The translations under genes and the position numbers were made by a program. A stretch of DNA of 64,000 nucleotides, taken from NCBI GenBank assembly GCA_002269645.1, contig NIVC01000532.1, positions 391,319-455,318 of the forward strand, read 5' to 3'. The notes under the pieces were generated by a model. It saw only the letters and a program-made list of their open reading frames with translations, had not been told where the DNA came from and did not search any database. The stretch comes from Macrostomum lignano (Eukaryota). Shown here piece by piece: positions 37,479 to 49,096 of the stretch (position 1 is its first letter; each line of letters starts with the position of its first letter).

Positions 37479-37560
37479 CGAAAGTGCAATCCTTCGCGCA
37501 GCTGCTCATCCTTGAGTCCACCAATACGACTGAATAGGATAGCCCGGTGGCCAGTCTCCA
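37479..37560 (-). CDS. PHB2: Prohibitin-2, exon 2
   Basis: (V)ETGHRAILFSRIGGLKDEQLREGLHFR. Acceptor ttggcag at 37561, donor GTGAGG at 37478. Not in the ORF track. Confidence 0.92.
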
Positions 37561-38278
37561 CTGCCAACAGTAGTGTGGTTGGTGAAGAGAAATTAATTAT
37601 TGACTAGACCATCTAGTTGAGATGCCATTTGTGATACCTTTTGGTTTTGCGCTAGGTCTATCTTATTGATTCTGTCTTGCTTATCCACTGTTGAACTGTT
37701 AGAATATTAGTTAGACAACCTAGAACAGTTTAGTGAGAAATTCTACCCAGCCATTTCTATTGGACAAAATAGCAATCATGTGACTGCTCTCAGCCAATAG
37801 TGACTTACATGTGTACATTGCCAATAGAAATGGCTGGGTGATTCCCAAGGTTGCACATGAATGTATTGTACATTGCTATGCATACTGGCCTACTCTTCTA
37901 TTTTAGGAGAATAAGTGAGTGGCCTAATGACCATGATTATATACCAAGTACATCAGGGACCCTTGTGTGCATCATGATTATATGCTCTTTGTATTTCTAA
38001 AAAAATTGTCTATAGCAAAGGCAATCTTTATGACTATAAAGAATATTATTTGTTTATATAATACCAAATTTTTTTACCATAATATAGGTCTATACCTTCT
38101 TGAGTATGGGGTATTTATACATTGAATTGCTAATCCCTTTGTAGATTTAAGTAGACCTTGATATATTTTCCAAATTTATTTTTATAATATAGGAAATTGA
38201 ATATCTTTATATGGATACTTTTGTTATTTTTAATAAAAATCAAGGATAGGGTTCTTTATTGAACATATAATAGGTAAA

Positions 38279-40642
38279 TGTTGTAAAGTGAGTTTACTCA
38301 CTGGGTTGTTTTGCTAGTCGGTGTTTGGGGGTCAAGGGATCCGATGTACATGCGCGCTCTGTTTGTATATGTACATGCGTTCTCGAGTAAATATAAGAAT
38401 AGCTCCACCCTTTGGGTGAGGGTTTGAATTTTGTTTGTTGGACTAAACCTGACTGGCTTGTCTCTCGCTCACCACATTTTGGCGTCGCGCGGAGAAATCA
38501 ATTGATTTGGGCCAGCGTGATTCAGCACAAGCGCGAACTCTAAAATCTGCCAAGTCATGAGCAGTACAGAAGGCGCAAATTCAAGTGCGATTGGCGACCC
38601 ACAGCGAGGGTCCCAACAAGCAGCAGCCCAACAGTCAAGCAGAGATACAGCCAATAGAATGAGTGTCAACATTTCGCCACCGCAGCCGTTTCTGCCAGCC
38701 GCTGGAGCACCGCTGATTGAATGGAACCGATGGAAAGCAATGTTCAGCAATTACCTGCTAGCATCGGGAGCCATTGATCTGCCAGAGCAAAGAAAACAAG
38801 CGTTGCTCATCCACTGTTTGGGTGCAGAGGGACAAAACATCTACATGTCTCTACAGGCCAGCAGCAATCAGGAGGAAGGAGAGCAACCGCCATCAACAGT
38901 TGATGACACGCTGAAGCTCCTGGACATGCACTTTGGACCCAAAGTCAACGTAGTTGCTGAGAGGCACAGATTCCGACAGAGAGCTCAGCGACCGGGCAAA
39001 AAGATCAGCGACTTCGTTGCTGCACTGCGAAACCTGGCTTCAAACTGCGACTTCAAGACCTTCCAGGAGGAGATGCTGCGTGACCAGCTCGTCGAGAAAG
39101 TGCTTAGCAACCACATCAGGGAGCGACTGCTTATGGAGCCGGAGCTGACCTTGGCGACAGCTGTGCAGTTGGCGGAGCGACTGGAAACTGGACTGCTGGA
39201 GGCCCAGGCCATCAAGGGAGGCAGCCACACAGACCCAAACAGCTTGTGTGGAGTCCAGCAGATCAGCAAGGCCAAGAACAGTGGAGCAGCGGCAAGACAG
39301 CACGAGGCACTGAAGCCGACAGCCGACGGCCGGAGCTGCGGCTACTGTGGCTCAGCGGCGCATTTCGGTGGACAGACCTGCCCAGCAAAGGGGCAGAAGT
39401 GCAAGTCCTGCGGTAAGCGTGGGCACTTTGCCAGAGTCTGCAGGAGCGGCAACCGAGTGCGACAGCTTCAGGATGAGTACTCCATCTGCACTGTGTCGAC
39501 AGCTGCGGCAGCAAGCAAGCACTGCAAAGTGCTGCTGAACGGGAGGCCTGTCAAGCTGCTTGTTGACTCCGGTTCGCGAGTCTCCATCATCACCAAGACG
39601 ACGTACAATCGACTTCTGTCCAACGTGCCCCTGCAGGCGTCATCACGGAAGCTGGTCACTTTCAACGGCAGCAAGATCGGCGTGCTTGGTGACATCCTGA
39701 ACTTGGTGCAGCTCAAGGACAAGGTAGTGCCTTACGTCAACCTTAGCTTGGTCAATACCGGATCTGACATCCTGGGGTGCGACCTCATGGATCAGCTGGG
39801 ACTGTGGATCGTCACTGCAGACGGTGAGCGAGTGCAGACAGTCGGCACCAGAGCCCTGCCTGACTGGATCCCAGGCCGGTTCAACCAGTTGACTCAGGGA
39901 CTCGGACACATCAAAGGATTTCAGCACAGGCCGCGAGACAACCCCGCGGTGCAACCGACTGCTCAACCGTTGCGCAGAGTGCCGCTCAGCTTAAGAGATT
40001 CGGTTCAAAAGAAGTTCAAGTGGCTCAAAAGAACCCGACCGCCTCAATTAGGGTGCGGCGACCTGGTGCGAGTGCGATCTCCACGGATGCGAGGCAAGCT
40101 GCAGAGCCACGTGTCACCACCTCTACGGGTCAGCGACATCATCAGCCCGACGATCGTCAGGTTAGAGGACGGCTCAAGGTGGCACACCAGCCTCTGTATG
40201 CCTCATGCGGAGCCCAAGGGTGCCAGCACGACTTTGGCAATGGCAATGCCGCCACAGCCGCCAGTGGCTGCAGAGCAGGCAGCGCCAGAAGGCCCAACGG
40301 ACCCGCCGCCGGCGACCGCTGAGGCCGACGCAGAGCTGCAGCGCAGTACGCGACTGCGGGCACCACCGTTGTGGTACAGCCAGGTCTTGACGCATTGATT
40401 GCCAGCTGTGAAGGGAATTAGTGACTGTTAAGGAGGAGGGTGAATGTTGTAAAGTGAGTTTACTCACTGGGTTGTTTTGCTAGTCGGTGTTTGGGGGTCA
40501 AGGGATCCGATGTATATGCGTGCTCTGTTTGTATATGTACATGCGTTCTCAAGTAAATATAAGAATAGCTCCACCCTTTGGGTGAGGGTTTGAATTTTGT
40601 TTGTTGGACTAAACCTGACTGGCTTGTCTCTCGCTCACCACA
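38279..40642 (+). mobile_element. Internally deleted Ty3/Gypsy LTR retrotransposon in PHB2 intron 1 (antisense to PHB2)
   Basis: 198-bp LTRs 38279-38476 and 40445-40642 (TG...CA, 3 mismatches). 5-bp TSD GTAAA. PBS TGGCGTCGCG at 38480 and PPT AAGGAGGAGGG before the right LTR. Confidence 0.95.
38557..40398 (+). CDS. Gag-protease ORF fused in frame to the integrase C-terminal tail (RT, RNase H and IN core missing)
   Basis: Zinc-knuckle-like motifs CGYCGSAAHFGGQTC and CKSCGKRGHFARVC, protease LLVDSGSRVSII, RT-entry motif QPLRRVPLSLRDSV, then directly GDLVRVRSP...RWH. No YxDD or DDE motifs. Confidence 0.88.
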   Translation: MSSTEGANSSAIGDPQRGSQQAAAQQSSRDTANRMSVNISPPQPFLPAAGAPLIEWNRWKAMFSNYLLASGAIDLPEQRKQALLIHCLGAEGQNIYMSLQASSNQEEGEQPPSTVDDTLKLLDMHFGPKVNVVAERHRFRQRAQRPGKKISDFVAALRNLASNCDFKTFQEEMLRDQLVEKVLSNHIRERLLMEPELTLATAVQLAERLETGLLEAQAIKGGSHTDPNSLCGVQQISKAKNSGAAARQHEALKPTADGRSCGYCGSAAHFGGQTCPAKGQKCKSCGKRGHFARVCRSGNRVRQLQDEYSICTVSTAAAASKHCKVLLNGRPVKLLVDSGSRVSIITKTTYNRLLSNVPLQASSRKLVTFNGSKIGVLGDILNLVQLKDKVVPYVNLSLVNTGSDILGCDLMDQLGLWIVTADGERVQTVGTRALPDWIPGRFNQLTQGLGHIKGFQHRPRDNPAVQPTAQPLRRVPLSLRDSVQKKFKWLKRTRPPQLGCGDLVRVRSPRMRGKLQSHVSPPLRVSDIISPTIVRLEDGSRWHTSLCMPHAEPKGASTTLAMAMPPQPPVAAEQAAPEGPTDPPPATAEADAELQRSTRLRAPPLWYSQVLTH

Positions 40643-40810
40643 GTAAACATGGTATACAATTAGAAAGCATAAGATGTTATTAATATGCAAACCAAAGTTT
40701 CCTTGTTGTATATTCTAGCATATACTCAAACATGATGCATAGTATGGCTATTAATTAATATGAGCAAGTCTAATAATGCAAAAAATCATAATAAAATTAT
40801 TATCTAGAAC

Positions 40811-41608
40811 CAGTGTTGGGCACAAGTCTGTTAATAAGCATTAATCCATTAATAAGCGTTAATAAGTGTTAAGATTTTTCATTAATGTTAATGGACTGTC
40901 ATTAAGATTTTTTTGAACTAACGGATTAACGAATTTGCATTAAAAATTTTGTGAATTAACGATTAATTCATCGTTAACGGTAGTGTCTATGTCAATGACC
41001 AAAGACGCAAAGAAGGAATGAAAAATAGAAGTCTTACAAGAAGTTTGAACATTACGAATGTATTTGAGCTTACCTATATGCCTAAATATAATCTCTTTAT
41101 TTATGACAATGATCATACAGACATACATGTAATTAACAACTTCTTACAAATAAACTTTAAAATAATGAATTAAAATAGTGTGAAACTTTATTTCTTGCAC
41201 ATGAGCATCAATCGCTTTGATTCACTTCTGTCCCAATCTTTCGCAACTTTCTGCTGTGCCTGCTAATGGTACTGAAACAACCTTCCTATGCATATTTAAT
41301 TATGAATTTCTCGCTATTAGCTTTTAAGTTTCAAATAAAATAAGTTACTTTTTTACCATATGCTTTACTTTTAGTAGTATTATGCATGCAAGTTTTTAAA
41401 TGATTTTTTATTACTTTTTTAGCTTTCAAATCGCTTAGATGACCTCTGTGTTTCGCTAAAAAGATGGAATAGCAAAGACTTGCAATACAAAGTCTGTTTT
41501 GGAAAAAATGTGCAAGATTTCCATATTTTCTGTGTTAACTTTAATGCTAGGCCTAACGCTTTTGCTATTAACGGAAGTTAAGATTTTCATTAACGGTGCC
41601 CAACACTG
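40811..41608. mobile_element. hAT-type non-autonomous MITE (798 bp)
   Basis: 13-bp TIR CAGTGTTGGGCAC / GTGCCCAACACTG and 8-bp TSD TCTAGAAC (40803-40810, 41609-41616), matching the NTCTAGAN target of Charlie/Buster-type hATs. Confidence 0.92.
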
Positions 41609-42064
41609 TCTAGAACATTTAATTTAGAAATATTTTCTAATCTAAGTATTAAACATTATTTAATTGTAAAACAACATGTTTCAAAAATCAATGTATAATT
41701 ATAAAACTGCTAAGACTTTTTCTAATATTTATAACAAATATTGGCTATATAGCCTAACATAATAATAATACTATATAATAAATCCAAAAAGCCATTGCCT
41801 ACTTATTGATATTAGCCTAGCTAAATAAGCCTAAGTCTAAGAATTTTAATATAAAATTTAGACTTGTTCAATGTTTTGCATACCTTTTGCATAATCCTCA
41901 TCATGGCATTAAAGTAAACAAAAGATACATAGAGTCATCACTCACTAGGCCTATGTTTTGACATCGAAAATTTATTGGTAAGTTAATAAAAATGCTAGAT
42001 GCTATATTACTAAACATAAAAAATAAATTAATGGATGAATAAGTTTGGAAAAAAAGAAACTGAC

Positions 42065-42164
42065 CTGTAAAGAATGAATTGTACGCGCCATATGTGGCAA
42101 CAGCAGCAGCAGCAAGAAAGCCACTACCAGCTGTTGCTTTTTTAAACATGTTAAACATACTCAT
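42065..42164 (-). CDS. PHB2: Prohibitin-2, exon 1
   Basis: MSMFNMFKKATAGSGFLAAAAVATYGAYNSFFT (N-terminal membrane anchor). Donor G|GTCAGT at 42064, phase 1, joins exon 2 as FFTVETGHRAI. The exons total 915 nt (304 aa plus stop). Confidence 0.85.
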
Positions 42165-44902
42165 TTTTAGTCCTTGACCTTAGTTTGATTTTGAATAGAG
42201 CAGAAAGAAATGACACTTTTTAAAAAATATGTATAGGTGAAAACACAAAATAAAATTATTCTACTGTATTAAAGTAATGATCAATTAATTAGGTGTTTTA
42301 AGAAGTTATGAAGTTAGTAACTTAACTTATCCTATCTGTATTAGGCTCTAAGTATAAATTCGTGTTGCAGCGTACGTTCCATGCCCTTGATTTTTAACAC
42401 GGAAATTTGTTTTAGACAACTGGTACAACAAAACTTTAGTAAATATAGTAATCTGTATAACATAAATTGAGTTTCTGTACCTATTAAGAACTTTATTACA
42501 TATATGCTTTTAATTTGGTTTTTCTCGTAAAATTCGGTGGTCAAAGTGTAGGAATTTTTTCTTGTAATTTTTCTGCAAATTTGAATGACGTTTATTAAGC
42601 GGCCAGTTAACGGTCTTTCTGCTGCTTACTGCCTAGTTAAGATGCGACGTAGGATACATTAATTTTTGCCTGATTGGCGATGGCCTAGCTGGTAAATGCA
42701 CATAAGTGCTATCCTAATATTGTGTTTGTTTCCTTATTTTTAATAATTTAAATAACTTACATTAGGCCATCCTAGGTTCATTTTTATTGTATAATTTATT
42801 TTCTTCAGTACCCTCCCTTTACATAATTTATTATTAGTCCTACCCACGCAAAACAAACCATTCTACAATCTGATCTAAAACGAGTTCTGTATCACCTTTC
42901 TTTTTTGCTACATTAAACTCGCTTTCCCTTGTCACTAGTATAAGTGTAAGATTTTGAAGTTCTAGGCCTTGCTAGCTAGCTCTAGAAGAAAGTTACTGCA
43001 ATTGTCAAATTCTAAATCTATATAACTAAATCTGAATCTAAACTAAAGTTAAAACAACACTTGAAATATCCTTAGAAATACAATTTTTAGCATTGTATTT
43101 CATTTATTAATGAAATAAATTTGTTTAAAAAGTCAAAGAAGTAAATTTTGATGTCATCAAAAGTTAATGGTAAGTTTTCCTTCAATTAAGCCTATCTTTC
43201 ACTTTTCTTCTTGGAGATTTCTATTTATTGATATTATCATAGCTAAAGCTCTAGGCATGAATCAGGTTTAATTTTGGTAAACTATTTCTTTTTAAACAAA
43301 GTTGTATTTATACATTTGAGGTAGGCCTTATTTTAGCATTGTTCGTTTCCTAGAAAGTAGTATATTTGAAACTAGACTATTTTGTTTTAATACGTATAAT
43401 ATTAATAATATTGTAAATATTTTAAATATTATGAAATTTTATTTGTTTAAAAGACCAAATCAAGAGGAGTATAAATACACGATCCGAATAAGAAGGAGAG
43501 CAACTTGTGCAACTTGTGCCTCGCTGGCTTTAAGCTTAAAACTGTTCTAGTATATTGCTCAATACTTACTGAATTAGTTATTTTAGAAAGCATCAGAAGC
43601 CCCAAGATTGGGAGAGTTCAACCCATTCTCAAAGAACGAGACAACCAGATCTAGGATCTAAGAAATCACCTTTAGGAGGCAGAGATCTTACCACAGGGTA
43701 GAGAAGCCCAGACTCAGAGTCTGAGAAACCCGCCTCAGGACAGGATACCCAGCAAATAAGCTGTGACCCTCTGATCCCAGGAATGCCCAGGACTGAGAAT
43801 AATATCTTTAGAGGAGTATAGGAATAAGATAGACAGTGCCTAAAAAGACCGCTCAAGCCAGAAAGTACAATAGAAGTACAGATGCTACCAGTAAAAGTAC
43901 ATACGCTACCAATAGAAGTACAGACGCTACCAATAGAAGTACATGCGCTACAAGTAAAAGGCAGGTAATAACCAGCAATATTAACAAGGAATAACCTCTG
44001 CAACAGCTTGGTGGCAGCAAGTAAGGCTAAACAAAAGAATAAATAAGAGCCCTGGGACACATTGTTCTAAAGATTGCTAAAGCATTATAATTAGTTTCAA
44101 GATTTATTAATATTAATTTACTTTTGTAGTAAGATAAGTGGTTATCTTATATGTATCTAGCATATTATCAAGTAACCAAATTTATCAATATATATTTTGT
44201 CAACTCTGTTGACAAATTTGGTTTACCTTACTAGGGTCGTTCTCAAAATCAGGAATTACGCGATAAAACAAGAAAAAAAATTTTCAACCCTGAACCAGCC
44301 TTTCATGCAAAACAAGCAACAGGGTAAACATATAGCTGTTGAAAGAAAATTACTTTATTTATCATTCGAAACAGTGAAATTGGTACGGTTGTCAAAGCAA
44401 CTGACTACTGAGTCATTTTATCAATTTAATATTTCCATTTCTTCGATGTAACGCTAAGACGGTGTCATGTTTTGTGAAAAAATTCAATGGGAAAGAAACA
44501 TCAGAAATAAACTATTTTGCACAGGAAGGAAGAAAAGAACATTAGAATTTGCTTCTTATTAAAGAATGACTGCTTAGTGATTTGTTCCTTGACTTAAACA
44601 CAATCTTTCATCACTTAAACGCATCACTGTTCTAGTTACTAGCAGTTGAATTGTACAAATATATTGCTAGTTTTATAGGTGAAAGCAATGCATATGGCGT
44701 CTTTTGGCGTTTTTTTGTGCCTTATAATGTGATCTTTGTATTTGTGATGTTTTTATATAGATTAGTGCACCACAGTTGTTGCAATATTTTTTTATACAAT
44801 TAATTGCTACTAAGACAGGCACAAGCCAATAAACGTTGGGACCACAGTTTTGCAACACTGGAATAAGATAATGACCAAAAAAAGGAGTAAAGTGGAGAAC
44901 TG

Positions 44903-45310
44903 GGTGTCTTACAGGAGCATTTTTGTGCTTTTTTAAATACATTGCCTCTGAGCCCCACAATTAAGCAAAGCATCTGAAAAACATGCACTTTTGCATGTGT
45001 CAAAATGTTGGGACTGCCATCATGGGTCACTGAAAGAACTGATTGGGCCGAATTTTTTGGAGAGTGTTAGACTAGGTGTCTTATGGGAGCATTTTTTGCA
45101 TTTTTAAATACATTGCCTCTGAGCCCCACAATTAAGTAAAACATCTGAAAAAACATGCACTTTTGCATATGTCAAACCATTGGGACTGCCATCATGGGTC
45201 ACTGAAAGAACTGATTGGGCTGAATTTTTTGGAGAATGTTTTACTAGGTGTTGTGTAGGAGCATTAATTTTTTAAAAGAAAATATTGCATATAAGCCACA
45301 CAAAATATGT
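44903..45310. repeat. 172-bp tandem duplication (~2.3 copies) in the left arm of the transposon
   Basis: GGTGTC/GGTG starts recur at 44903, 45075 and 45247 with near-identical intervening sequence. Confidence 0.85.
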
Positions 45311-45728
45311 TAACAATTTAGAAACCAGGCAATACATACAAACTGTAATTTATGAGTAAGGGATTCAGTAGCATTTTAAACTTGAAATTAAAATTGATGT
45401 TTTAAATTAGATATTAAATCTCAATGACTGAAAGAATATGAATCAAGTGGCTTTATTTGTAGAAATTGGTCCATCAAAAAAAGTTTTGGCCATTTGGAAA
45501 ATTTTACTTTGAAATGTATAGTTTCTTGCAAAAAATCCTGAATTTTGTGTCCCAATAAGCAAGTAGCTATTGGCATTATTTAAATGAAAGATACAGTTTA
45601 GACTCTATGCAGATTTAGCACAAAATAGACTGCAAAATTTTGATATCATTTTTGAAGCTTTTCCACTAGGTCCTACTGGCAGTTGAGGCATCTAATAGTG
45701 ACATTGCTGGGTTTGTTGCCCCTAGTAA

Positions 45729-46219
45729 CATACATGCGCAACTTCTGAAATTACGCTGGCCGTGCGACTTAGTTTTCGATAAAAAATGCGACTTACCTAA
45801 CCGTTTGTGACTTACCTAATCCTTTTTGCGACTTACCTAACCCTTTTGCGACTTACCTAATCCTTTTTGCGACTTACTTAATCCTTTTTGCGACTTACCT
45901 AATCCTTTTTGCGACTTACCTAACCCTTTGTGACTTAGCTAATCCTTTTTGCGACTTACCTGATTCCTGTTGCGACTTACCTGATCCTTTTTGCGACTTA
46001 CCTGATTATTTTTACAACTTAGTTTGCTTCTTTTGCGAATTGTTTTTCTTTTGCTTCATTATTTTCCCCCTGAACTGCTCTTTCTTTCGCTTTCCTCTTG
46101 CCTTTCTTGGTTCTTGTGTTTTTCTGTTTTTGGTTGACTCAATTTTGCGACTTACCCCTGGTCAGCCACGATTTACGGTGGCCGGATCGGCCAGGTCGGC
46201 CAGCAGTTGCGCATGTATG
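45729..46219. mobile_element. 491-bp MITE with 9-bp TSD (Mutator-like by TSD length), nested in the Sola2-like element
   Basis: 15-bp TIR CATACATGCGCAACT / AGTTGCGCATGTATG, TSD CCCTAGTAA (45720-45728, 46220-46228) and internal ~21-bp repeats GCGACTTACCTAATCCTTTTT. Confidence 0.88.
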
Positions 46220-46331
46220 CCCTAGTAACATCTAAGTGATTCCCAATCACATGATTGTCCAAATTAGACTGCAGCTGTAATTGCTTGAAATGACTGCAAA
46301 ACACAAAAATTCCCACCATCTGTTTCAAGCA

Positions 46332-48455
46332 ATGCCGTTCAAGCCGACTGAACGACAAAAGCGGCGTGAAAAGAGGAAAAAATATATTAAAAAAAAATTT
46401 GGCTCCCACAGTAGCTACCTAGAGCACATGCGGCGGCAACAGCAGAAGTATAGGGACAAAGGCAATCGCAAGGACAAGGCAGGGTCCAGCACTTCGGCAG
46501 AGATCCCCCAGCGATCCTTGGCAAGATCGGCAGCGGCGTTCAAGCGGGAGAATGCCAAGCTGAAGGCCAGGGTGCACCTGCTTGAGACTGCTGCCAAGCA
46601 GCGCAAGACAAGCAAAACCTGCCTGCGAGTGAAACTTCACCGCGCGAATAAGGAATTGGCGGCAAAAAGTTGCCGGCTTCAGGCTTTCACCAACATAGCT
46701 AGCCATGTGAAGAGAGCGCTGCAGTCAGTCAGACGGTTCAATAACACCCGGCGAGTAATCAAGGCTGCCTGTCTAAACGCCCACGAGGCAGGACGGAAGG
46801 CTGTCATGGCCTTCTTTGGCGCCTCCGCGAAGATCTTGAAGCAGCCGAGAGCGCCGAAGATAAATCTGCTTGTGAGCATCGTCCAGGAGTACTTTTGCCA
46901 GGACGAAAACTCGCGGGCCACCTCCTCCTGGAAGGATTGCATCTCCAAGAGATTTGGCGAGGAGAAGGAGACAAAGCAGAAGCGTTATCTCCTGAGCTCA
47001 GTCTCCCTGTTCCATGCAAAATTCCTTTGGGAGTATCCTGGTGTGAAGATTAGCCGGGCAACATTTAACCGCTAGAAGCCATGGTATGTCAAGAGGGCTC
47101 GTCTGTGCGACCGAGACATGTGTATGTGCATAAAGTGCACTAACACGGAGGCCTTAATCAAAGGCATGCACATTGCTGGACTTCTTCACAGCCACCACAT
47201 TACTAAAGTGTTGAATGAAATTGTCTGCGACATGGAATCCGCTGACTGCCTGCTGCGCAAATGCGACGAGTGCCGTTGCAAGTCATTTGTAGTCACGGAG
47301 ACAGCTGAGGCTGAGCCACAGGTTGTGTACCGCGTTTGGAAGCCTCGGACAGATGGACGCAGCGGCTTGGATGTGGTCAAAGAAACGGCATCATGCAAGA
47401 CGGCTATCAGCATGCTGATGGTGCAACTAGTCGACTTTGTGGGCCACTTTATGCGGATGCGGAACCAGTATCGTGCAATCCGCCAGGTTAAGGATACTCT
47501 GCAGCCGGGACAGCTCCTGTTGCACATAGACTTCTCCGAAAACTATACGGCGAAGTACCACAAAGAGGTACAGGCGGCGCACTTTGGCGACAAGGATCAG
47601 GTGGTGCTTCATCAAGGCGTGGCCTACATGGCTGGACATCAACCTTGCTCATTCGCAACGGTATCAGGAGAGAGGAGTAAGACGGCGGAGGCCATCGCCG
47701 CTCATCTACAACCAGTCCTTCGCCACTTTAAGGAGAAGCACGATGTCGATAAGGATGCCTTTAGCCAACTGGACCAGATCGTCATCGTCTCTGATTCTCC
47801 ATCTAGCCAGTATAGAAATTGCAAGATGGTTTTCTTATTCGACCGCCTGATGAAGATCATGAGGGTGTCAAGCTGGCGTTGGATCTACACAGAGGCCGGA
47901 CACGGCAAGGGTGCTGCGGATGGAGTTGGAGCGGCTATCAAACGCCGCTGCGATGAAGTCGTGGCTAGCCGGCAGGATGTTGTAACACCTCAGGATGTTA
48001 TGGAAGCCGTCAGATCGGGTAGCCCTCTGCACATACTCACATGGTTGGTTCAGCCAGAGGACATGAACTATTTCACAAGCATCATCACCTTCGTGGGTGA
48101 GGACCTCTGCGGCATGCCAGGCTCGAAGTCGATGCACGATGTCTCAAGGACTGATGGTGGGTCGATCACTTACCGTCAGCTGTCCTGCATGTGCCCTGGT
48201 GCAGCAGTAGCCTGCCCATGCCACGAGATGAAAGTGTGGGCTCCGCTGATGCTGCCGGAGGCGCCAGCTCCTGATACTGCAACGAGTGGACTCGGATGTG
48301 GGCGTGGAGGTGGACGTGGACGCTGAGGTGGACGAGGACGCGGAGGTGGAGGTGGACGTGGACGCCGAGGTGGACGAGGACGCGGAGGTGGACGTGGACG
48401 TGCAAGTGGTGATGAAAAGGCGCTGCTCCCTTATGACTTTTGCAACGAACCTTAG
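46332..48455 (+). pseudogene. Sola2-like transposase disrupted by two in-frame nonsense codons (TAG 47073, TGA 48324)
   Basis: ORFs 46281-47075 and 47118-48326 are in the same frame. Motifs QDENSRAT, QKRYL, HIDFSENY, VSDSPSSQYRN and EAGHGKGAADGVGAAIKR. The frame continues through an RGG tract to TAG at 48453. Confidence 0.85.
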
Positions 48456-48623
48456 GTAGCTCATCTCATCTCTCTAACTATCCTATATATCCTATATACT
48501 AAAAATGAAATCCTATCCTAATTGTATGTGCTATATACCATTAAAGTAGGGGTTGATTTGCTCACATATATATATTAAATAAAGTTAGGCGCAAATAGTA
48601 CAAGTAAGGTGAACCATTCGTAT

Positions 48624-49096
48624 TTAAATCCAAATGCGGAACGATGTCTCCATCGGCTGCGGCAGAGACAAGGGAGTTGGCCTCTTTGGAGTCGGTATCT
48701 CCAGCGGCGTTGAGGTGGGCGGTGCAGCATGCTCCGCTGTTGCGGCAGGATGGACTGCGGCAGCAAGCTGTTGTATTAGCTGTTGGTTCTGCTGCATCTT
48801 CGCGGTCATCAATGCGTTGACATTGATGCCAGGAGTTGTCGGGGTGAGGGTGGCAGCAGTGACCGGCGCAGTAGGAGTAGCAGCCAGTTGTTGTGGGCCC
48901 TGGTCGGTCCCGGCGAGGTCGTAGCGGTCGTTAAAGTTGGTGTCAAAGAGGCATCAGGACCAGTGGGGGCTCCAGAACTAGTGCCAGCGGTGGCAGCAAC
49001 AGCGGTCGGAGTGGGCGGCATGGTATGCGCCAGAGCAGTAGTGGTTGCAGAAGTGGATGTGGTGTCGCCGGCATCCATCAAGCGCGTAATAACCAT
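48624..49096 (-). other. Possible second, convergent Thr/Ala/Pro/Gln-rich ORF inside the transposon, with an apparent frameshift near 48900
   Basis: GC-rich island. Frame A reads MVITRLMDAGDTTST...TTSPGPT and continues in frame B as QGPQQLAATPTAPV...MTAKMQQNQQLIQQL...FRIWI*. Confidence 0.4.

Noticed and set aside
43543-44061. Possible solo LTR or retroelement fragment
   Set aside because: A TG...CA pair can be drawn but there is no matching TSD or second copy in the window.
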